DNA of 14,803 bases from Vulcanimicrobiaceae bacterium (GTDB lineage Bacteria > Vulcanimicrobiota > Vulcanimicrobiia > Vulcanimicrobiales > Vulcanimicrobiaceae): contig JBHEMM010000023.1 of the NCBI GenBank assembly GCA_046262595.1, positions 22,949-37,751 on the forward strand, read 5' to 3'. Shown one piece after another: positions 9,518-14,803 of the stretch (its first letter is position 1; each line of letters opens with the position of its first letter). The notes under the pieces were generated by a model. That model searched no databases and was not told where the DNA came from. It was given only the letters and a program-made list of their open reading frames with translations. Made by a program: the position numbers and the translations under genes.

Positions 9518-10366
9518 TTACGGCACGAGAAAAGCGGCACCTCGTACACCGCTGGAATCGCCATGCTCGGCCGGCACGATGCGCGTGCGAAGGTCGTCAC
9601 TGAAAACGTACCGGCGAAGCAAATGCGGCAGCATATCGTACAACTCGGCGACATTGGAAACGCCGCCGCCCAAGACGATAACGTCGGGATCGAGTACGTT
9701 GACGATGCCGGCGAGCCCGCGCGCCAAACGGTCCGCATAAAGATCGAGTGCGGCGGCGTTCCCGCCGCGTTGACGCAGGCGCGCGAGTGCGGGCCCGCTC
9801 AAGAATGTTTCCAAACATCCCGTTTTGCCGCAGTAACAGCGCGGTCCGGGACGCTCGTCGTCGCGCGGCCAAGGCAGCGGATTGTGTCCCCACTCACCGG
9901 CGATGCGGTTCGCACCCTCAACGATGGTGCCGTTCACGATTGCGGCGCCGCCCGTGCCGGTTCCAAGAATCACCGCAAACGCCGCTGCTGCACCGCGCGC
10001 CGCGCCGTCCGCGGATTCCGAAAGCGCGAAGCAGTTTGCGTCGTTGCTCACCGCGACCTTGCGGCCCAGCACGCGCTCGAGATCCCTTTTGAGCGGTTTG
10101 CCGTTAAGCACCGTGCTGTTCGCGTTTTTGATTAGTTCTGTTTCGCGCGACAGCGCGCCCGGCGTCCCGATACCGATGGAGCGCGCACTGCCGCAGTTAT
10201 TTTGTGCGAAGCCGACCAGTTCCGCAATCGCGCGTAGCGTCGCTGCATAGTCGCCCTGCGGCGTGGGCACGCGCCGGCGCAGCAGCTCGCGGCGCTCGCT
10301 ATCCATCACAACGATCTCGATCTTCGTGCCGCCGAGATCGATCCCGATCCGTTTGTCCGCTTGCAT
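9518..10366 (-). CDS. ROK family sugar kinase (Mak/fructokinase-like)
   Basis: RIGIDLGGTKIE, RRRVPTPQGDY, IGIGTPG, NANSTVLNG, NDANCFALSE, LGTGTGG, GEWGHNPLPW, Zn motif CYCGKTGCLE, LGGGVSN and HGDSSGVRGAA. Confidence 0.93.
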   Translation of the reverse strand: MQADKRIGIDLGGTKIEIVVMDSERRELLRRRVPTPQGDYAATLRAIAELVGFAQNNCGSARSIGIGTPGALSRETELIKNANSTVLNGKPLKRDLERVLGRKVAVSNDANCFALSESADGAARGAAAAFAVILGTGTGGAAIVNGTIVEGANRIAGEWGHNPLPWPRDDERPGPRCYCGKTGCLETFLSGPALARLRQRGGNAAALDLYADRLARGLAGIVNVLDPDVIVLGGGVSNVAELYDMLPHLLRRYVFSDDLRTRIVPAEHGDSSGVRGAAFLVP

Positions 10367-10368
10367 CG

Positions 10369-11505
10369 CTATCCGCGCGCGACCTTATACGCGTCGAGCA
10401 GTTCGCCGGTGTGCCGCCCGATATTGAAGCGTTGCGCGATGTTGCGCGCCGCTTGCGAGGCATGCGCCCAGCGGGCGGGGCCAAGCAGCGCTTCGATAGC
10501 ACGGGCGAGGCCCGCTGCATCGCCGCGCTGCACGCCGATTCCGCCCTCGCCGATCCATTCTGTCACCGCGCCCACCTCGTACGCCGCGACCGGCCGGCCG
10601 CGCGCAAACGCCTCGATGCCGGTCAACCCGAACGGCTCCGCCCACAGCGAGGGCAACGCTACGATCGTAGCACGGTCGATCGCCTGCACGACGCCGTCGC
10701 GATCCAGCTGCCCGAGCGTCTCGAAATCGCATTCCGACGCTCGCGCCATTTCAGCTGCGCGCTTTAGGTCCGGTCCGGAGCCGGCGATGAGAAGCAGCGG
10801 CCGGCGCTGCGGGGCAATGCGCGCGATGGCCGTGACCAAAGCGCACAGGCCCTTCCCCGGGACCGCGCGGCCGCTGAAAAGAACCGTGGGCCGTGGCGGC
10901 GGCGGGGGCGCGTGCGCCGTGAGAAACACCGGTGAAAGCGGCGGATCCAGCGTGCGTATCCCTGCGGCTTGCGCGCCGTTGCGTATCGCAACATCGCGCA
11001 TGAAACGCGAGAGCACCACGATCACGTCGCTCGCCAGAGCCGCATCGCGCGTCGCGCGCCGCAGTTGAAGCAGGCGCAGTGTGGCCGGGCGCGGGCCGTA
11101 CGCGCACCCATGCACGAGCGCGTGCGCTACGCATGCAGCGCCCATCGGCTTCATGCAGTTCGCATGACCTCGCGGAAATACGCGATCGCCGTTCGGGCAA
11201 AAGAGCCGGTGATCGTGAAGATGATACGTCACGTTGCGCGATGATTCGCGGGCCGCACCGATCACTTCCGCGTCGAGCACGTTGTGCAACGCAATGCTGT
11301 CGGGCAAGAAGCGGGCGGCGATAGCGCGCACTGCTGCGGCCGACCGCGGACGCCCGGGCTCATCCTCGGCCGCCCAGCCGAGATCTTCGCGCGTCACGAT
11401 ACGAACATCGACCCCAGCGGCGGCGAGGCCGGCGGCGGTTGTTTCGAGATATGTTTCAGCGCCGCCGGCCGGCGCCGAACGCTCGGACAGCATCAGGACC
11501 CGCAT
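10369..11505 (-). CDS. GT4 (GT-B fold) glycosyltransferase
   Basis: The start MRVLMLS...GGAE is a typical GT4 N-terminus. Also HLHD, FSGRAVPGKG, AGSGP and PSLWAEPFGLTGIEAFARGRPV (EX7E motif). The longer ORF to 11835 overlaps the divergent CAP gene, so it was not used. Confidence 0.9.
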   Translation of the reverse strand: MRVLMLSERSAPAGGAETYLETTAAGLAAAGVDVRIVTREDLGWAAEDEPGRPRSAAAVRAIAARFLPDSIALHNVLDAEVIGAARESSRNVTYHLHDHRLFCPNGDRVFPRGHANCMKPMGAACVAHALVHGCAYGPRPATLRLLQLRRATRDAALASDVIVVLSRFMRDVAIRNGAQAAGIRTLDPPLSPVFLTAHAPPPPPRPTVLFSGRAVPGKGLCALVTAIARIAPQRRPLLLIAGSGPDLKRAAEMARASECDFETLGQLDRDGVVQAIDRATIVALPSLWAEPFGLTGIEAFARGRPVAAYEVGAVTEWIGEGGIGVQRGDAAGLARAIEALLGPARWAHASQAARNIAQRFNIGRHTGELLDAYKVARG

Positions 11506-11583
11506 CAGTGCGATGTTCTGGACGCAATGTCGCGGGTGCCTCCGTGCAAGCGGCAACACGCTAGCAAGTAGTGCAAGCAAGTA

Positions 11584-11609
11584 GAACCTGGTATATACTC
11601 CTGCCGTTA
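11584..11609 (+). promoter_or_regulatory. putative ECF sigma promoter GAAC-N17-CGTTA
   Basis: GAAC at 11584-11587, 17-nt spacer, CGTTA at 11605-11609, 9 nt before ATG 11619. The same motif recurs at 13062-13087. Confidence 0.6.
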
Positions 11610-11618
11610 ATACCACTA

Positions 11619-12047
11619 ATGATGCATGCGCTCGTCCTCGGCATGGTGATGCAGGCCTTTTCCGTTTCGGAAGGCGCGCAAGAGCGCATGCTCGCCGATT
11701 TGAACGCCACGCGGGCGCACGCGGGACTGCGTTTGCTGCGCCTCGATAACCGCTTAAGCCGCGTGGCACTCGAGCACGCGATCGAGATGGCGAACGCGGG
11801 CTACTTTGATCACGACTCCGGCGACGGCAGCACACCGTTCGAGCGCATGCGCCGCGCGGGATGCGCGTACGATTGGGCCGGCGAGAACCTTGCCCTCAGC
11901 CCGGACGAGCCGGCGGCATATCGTGCGCTGCTTGCGAGTCCCGGCCATTTAGAAAACATCTTGCAGCCGCATTTTTCGAAAGTGGGATTGAGCGCCGTCC
12001 GCGAAGCCGACGGCGACATGCTTTTCGTACAAGACTTCACCGATTGA
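11619..12047 (+). CDS. CAP (SCP/PR-1) domain protein, probably exported
   Basis: LNATRAHAGL..L..D..L..VALEHAIEMA..GYFDH, GENLA and SPGHLENIL...FSKVG are CAP signatures. Short hydrophobic N-terminus. An alternative GTG start exists at 11571. Confidence 0.9.
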   Translation: MMHALVLGMVMQAFSVSEGAQERMLADLNATRAHAGLRLLRLDNRLSRVALEHAIEMANAGYFDHDSGDGSTPFERMRRAGCAYDWAGENLALSPDEPAAYRALLASPGHLENILQPHFSKVGLSAVREADGDMLFVQDFTD

Positions 12048-12682
12048 ATCGTTCGGCTGCGGCATTCATGCCGGAGCGGCGTTCTCTTAAAGCGCTCCGG
12101 GAAGCCGCGCAGCGTTGCCGCGGCTGCGATCTTTACCGCTACGCAACGCAGACCGTTTTCGGCGAAGGCCGCGCGCGTGCCGCGTTGATGTTCGTCGGCG
12201 AACAGCCGGGTGAGCGCGAGGACCGGTTCGGCCATCCGTTCGTGGGGCCGGCCGGAAAACTGCTGCACGATGCAATGCAGAGCGCCGGCATCGATCCGCG
12301 TACGATCTATGTCACGAACACCGTCAAGCATTTCAAATTCATCGAGCGGGGCAAAAAGCGTATACACCAAAAACCACGCACGATTGAGATACAGGCGTGC
12401 ATGCCGTGGCTGGAGGCCGAGATCGCGCAAGTGAAGCCCGAGCTCGTCGTTGCACTGGGCGCGACGGCGGCGCAAGCGCTGCTGGGCGCATCGTTCCGTT
12501 TAACGAAACACCGCGGCGAGCTGCAGCGCGCAGAGCTGACCGATCGCGTTCTCGCCACCGTACATCCGTCCTCAATTCTACGCGCGCCCGATGCCGCAGC
12601 GCGCCGGCGCGAACTTTCCGCGTTCATCGCCGACTTAAAAATTGCGGCTCGGTCCGTCGCATCCGCTACGGCGGCGACGTAA
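12044..12682 (+). CDS. udgX: UdgX-family uracil-DNA binding protein (family 4 UDG-like, Fe-S)
   Basis: TTG at 12044 overlaps the CAP stop (TTGA); ATG 12068 is an alternative start. CRGC Fe-S ligands, TQTVFGEG, GEQPG, PFVGPAG, NTVKHFKF, extended R-loop GKKRIHQKP, ACMPWL and HPSSILR. Confidence 0.9.
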   Translation: MNRSAAAFMPERRSLKALREAAQRCRGCDLYRYATQTVFGEGRARAALMFVGEQPGEREDRFGHPFVGPAGKLLHDAMQSAGIDPRTIYVTNTVKHFKFIERGKKRIHQKPRTIEIQACMPWLEAEIAQVKPELVVALGATAAQALLGASFRLTKHRGELQRAELTDRVLATVHPSSILRAPDAAARRRELSAFIADLKIAARSVASATAAT

Positions 12683-12765
12683 GAGAGCGAGCGCGTGAGC
12701 TCCGCGCGAGCAGGTAACCGAAATTAGGTATGGTCCGGCGCGCCACGGCCGCTTACATTGTGGCT

Positions 12766-13023
12766 ATGGATGCGAATGCGTTCGGCGACCCGGCGACGTT
12801 CAGCCTTTGGCGCGAGCTAAAGCGTTTCGCGAAAACCTACGCGGCCTCCACGCGCCCACTGCCGTCCCAGGCGGAGTGTCGCGACTGGCTCGAGGAAGTC
12901 GTAGACCGCAAGCTCGTGGGAGAGCGCATCTCCGAGGAGGCGTTCCGGTTTTACTCAGGCGAGCTGGCCGCGATGATCGCCGCCTTGCGCCACGAGCCGA
13001 AGTCCGCCGTGCCGTTCGAATAA
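12766..13023 (+). CDS. small hypothetical helical protein (possibly leaderless)
   Basis: 85-aa ORF from ATG 12766 with protein-like composition. TACATT (-10-like) at 12754-12759 lies 6 nt upstream and there is no SD. Alternative ATG at 12730. Confidence 0.65.
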   Translation: MDANAFGDPATFSLWRELKRFAKTYAASTRPLPSQAECRDWLEEVVDRKLVGERISEEAFRFYSGELAAMIAALRHEPKSAVPFE

Positions 13024-13061
13024 GGGCGCTTCGTCGTTCCGAATCGAGCAAGCGGCTTGTT

Positions 13062-13087
13062 GAACTTTCCGGTGCTTGCGAACGTTA
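13062..13087 (+). promoter_or_regulatory. putative ECF sigma promoter GAAC-N17-CGTTA
   Basis: GAAC at 13062-13065, 17-nt spacer, CGTTA at 13083-13087, 36 nt upstream of ATG 13124. Confidence 0.6.
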
Positions 13088-13123
13088 GGCAGGCAGGCTA
13101 CCAAGCCGGAAGAAGTTTTTTTT

Positions 13124-13828
13124 ATGGTTACTTATACGAACCGCATGATAGCGGCAGCCCTCGCGTTTAGTCTCATCGGCGCATCGGCGGCGGTCGCGCT
13201 TGCGGACCCCGGCAAAGCCCACGACTCGGCCAACGAACATACTCATGTGCAAGCGCACGCAGCGTCTTCGGTGCACCGTGCATCCATGCACCGCTCGGCA
13301 ACAAAACACAACGCCATGAATGCAAATGCAGTCTCGCGTGGCAAAAGCGCGACGGCGCGCAGTTGCATGAATCCGGCCGGCAACACGCGCGGCTGGTGCC
13401 AAACGCACGGCGGCGGCGACTTCATCACCGGCCGCGTAACAGCCGTTAACGGAAACACCGCGACGATCGTGACGTCGAACGGCCAAACGATGACGATCGA
13501 CGATCAGTACCTGATTCACCAGGGGCATAATCTAACGGTCGGCCAGCAAGTAACGCTGCGCGGCGCATGGCAGAACGGCGTTTTCGCCGTGAACAACGGT
13601 ACGTACAGTAACTACGGCGGACCGTATTCTTCGGCTTCCGTCAAAGGAACGATTCTCTCGGTCAGCGGCAATTCGATTCAAATCGTCCAAGGCTTCAGCT
13701 TGATGACGATCAATGGCGCCACCGCCGTTTCGCAGGGTGCCGTCAACGGCACGCTCTATCCGGGGCGCTCCATCACCGCGTCAGGCAATTGGAACGGCAG
13801 CACGTTTATCGCGAACAGCATCCAGTAA
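13124..13828 (+). CDS. secreted protein with two tandem OB-fold/DUF5666-like beta repeats
   Basis: Signal peptide (RMIAAALAFSLIGASAAVALA-D), His/Ala-rich linker, a CMNPAGNTRGWC motif, then the repeats ITGRVTAVNGNTATI...LTVGQQVTLRGAWQNGVF and VKGTILSVSGNSIQI...LYPGRSITASGNWNGSTF. Confidence 0.8.
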   Translation: MVTYTNRMIAAALAFSLIGASAAVALADPGKAHDSANEHTHVQAHAASSVHRASMHRSATKHNAMNANAVSRGKSATARSCMNPAGNTRGWCQTHGGGDFITGRVTAVNGNTATIVTSNGQTMTIDDQYLIHQGHNLTVGQQVTLRGAWQNGVFAVNNGTYSNYGGPYSSASVKGTILSVSGNSIQIVQGFSLMTINGATAVSQGAVNGTLYPGRSITASGNWNGSTFIANSIQ

Positions 13829-13854
13829 CAACAACAAGCGCCTCCGACGGCGGG

Positions 13855-13895
13855 AAAAAACAAACGAGCCCCCGGGTGTGGGGCTCGTTTGTGTA
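13855..13895. terminator. intrinsic terminator, probably bidirectional, between convergent genes
   Basis: Perfect 13-bp stem ACAAACGAGCCCC (13860-13872) / GGGGCTCGTTTGT (13880-13892) with a 7-nt loop. A6 run at 13855-13860 (U-tract on the - strand) and TTTGTGTAT at the right end. Confidence 0.85.
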
Positions 13896-14007
13896 TATGC
13901 TTATGCGAATCCACGTGCAGCGTACGCCGTAACGTATGACGAAAATAAGGACGGCGCTCGGATCGCAAGTGGCGTTTACAATGGGCGCCATTATCGACTG
14001 TCGATTA

Positions 14008-14391
14008 TTAGTGCTCCGCTATCGGGTTTTGTACGGCCTGCGGGGTCGGGGTTGCCGCCGGAGGCTGTTGCCACGGCCACCGCCCATGGAGCTCGACTTC
14101 GAGGCTGAAGCTCAAGAACGTGCGGATCACGACGATGATGCCAAGCACGCCGGCGCTCTGTAAAGTGGGCGTCACCGCCACCGTGCGGATGATGTCAGCG
14201 GCGACGAGGAGCTCAAGGCCCAGCAGGATAGCGCGGCCCAATCGCAGCCGGTAGGTGCGGTAACGGTCAACGCCGGGCGTCCGGCGACCAAGCGTCATGG
14301 CGCTCGCGGCGGCGATGCCGAGGACAATGGTGGCGACGCCAAAACCATCGAGGGTTTTGCCGACGGCCTCGATGATGCCGGTGAAGATCAC
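14008..14391 (-). CDS. DUF1622 domain membrane protein
   Basis: YRLRLGRAILLGLELLVAADIIRTVAVTPT and LGIIVVIRTFLSFSLEVE..GRWPW match the DUF1622 pattern. Three hydrophobic segments. Confidence 0.9.
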   Translation of the reverse strand: MIFTGIIEAVGKTLDGFGVATIVLGIAAASAMTLGRRTPGVDRYRTYRLRLGRAILLGLELLVAADIIRTVAVTPTLQSAGVLGIIVVIRTFLSFSLEVELHGRWPWQQPPAATPTPQAVQNPIAEH

Positions 14392-14587
14392 TGCGATGCC
14401 GCGCCGCGGCGGTCACGTTCGAGAAAACGCACGTTGTGCACTACAGGAGCCTGTTGGCCACCACCTTCGGACGTGCGCTCGTGTGCGTCCTGCAGCTGCG
14501 GATAGACTCGGACATGGCGGCTCGCACGTGGAAAAATTCCGCGCGTGTGTGTACGACCACAGCATCAATGGGCTGCGCCGTTTAAGT

Positions 14588-14615
14588 TGGTAGCCCCAAC
14601 GGGATTCGAACCCGT
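14588..14615 (-). mobile_element. att site: isolated 28-bp 3' end of a tRNA (Glu-like), boundary of an integrative element
   Basis: The - strand reads ACGGG-TTCGAAT-CCCGT-TGGGGCT-A-CCA, i.e. T-arm, acceptor 3' strand and CCA. The sequence 5' of it (14616 onward) has no anticodon arm, D-arm or complementary acceptor strand. Confidence 0.8.
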
Positions 14616-14715
14616 AAAACAATGTCCAACCCCGTCCTATCGTATCCCATTCCGTGCGTGAATCCGCAATTTTTCAGAGTACGCATATGTGCTATTCCGC
14701 GCTCGTCCTCGACCG

Positions 14716-14737
14716 TTCGTCACCCATCCGTCACCCA
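14716..14737. repeat. tandem 11-bp direct repeat, putative integrase arm-type binding sites
   Basis: TTCGTCACCCA (14716-14726) and TCCGTCACCCA (14727-14737), about 100 bp from the tRNA 3' fragment, followed by ATTTAAAT. Confidence 0.6.
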
Positions 14738-14803
14738 ATTTAAATCGTTCCAGTACCGTGAAGGATGAGGGCGGACCCGCGGAGAACAGCCATTGTACAA
14801 GGC

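Noticed and set aside
11506..12043. Long upstream extensions of the GT4 ORF (to 11835) and the UdgX ORF (from 11861)
   Set aside because: Both overlap the CAP gene and lack family motifs. They are open by chance in GC-rich DNA.
13806..13991. Ile/Val-rich - strand ORF followed by a hairpin, as an attenuator leader
   Set aside because: The ORF reads through the hairpin and no co-oriented biosynthetic gene follows. The hairpin is explained as the terminator of two convergent genes.
14388..14562. Start-less - strand open frame whose TGA overlaps the DUF1622 GTG, as a truncated gene remnant
   Set aside because: There is no recognisable homology, and a GTGA start produces such a stop automatically. 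Support is insufficient.
14540..14665. Complete tRNA gene
   Set aside because: Only the T-arm, acceptor 3' strand and CCA are present. There is no D-arm, anticodon arm or matching acceptor 5' strand, so it is treated as an att remnant.

Overview
GC-rich bacterial chromosomal DNA, mostly carbon and nucleoside catabolism, ending at what looks like the edge of a tRNA-integrated element. The + strand carries the 3' part of a FadB/FadJ-like 3-hydroxyacyl-CoA dehydrogenase, a thiolase, a small WGxxGxxG-CTERM-type secreted protein and an unknown membrane protein. That membrane gene is translationally coupled to galK-galT-GH35 beta-galactosidase, followed by a PfkB kinase and psuG (pseudouridine catabolism). 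A convergent - strand operon holds a GT4 glycosyltransferase, a ROK/Mak sugar kinase and a small hypothetical gene. Next come a CAP-domain gene coupled to a UdgX-family uracil-DNA protein, a hypothetical gene, a secreted protein with two beta-repeats, a 13-bp terminator hairpin and a DUF1622 membrane gene on the - strand. At 14588-14615 there is an isolated 28-bp tRNA(Glu)-like 3' end, with a tandem 11-bp repeat about 100 bp away. Together these fit an att site with integrase arm-type sites, the element lying beyond the right edge. The main non-obvious signals are this att site, a GAAC-N17-CGTTA ECF-type promoter shared by two secreted-protein genes, a possible small Cys/His ORF, motif changes in the PsuK/PsuG pair and apparent loop deletions in several enzymes. 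The sequence alone does not demonstrate a complete new system. All family calls come from recognising motifs, not from database searches.
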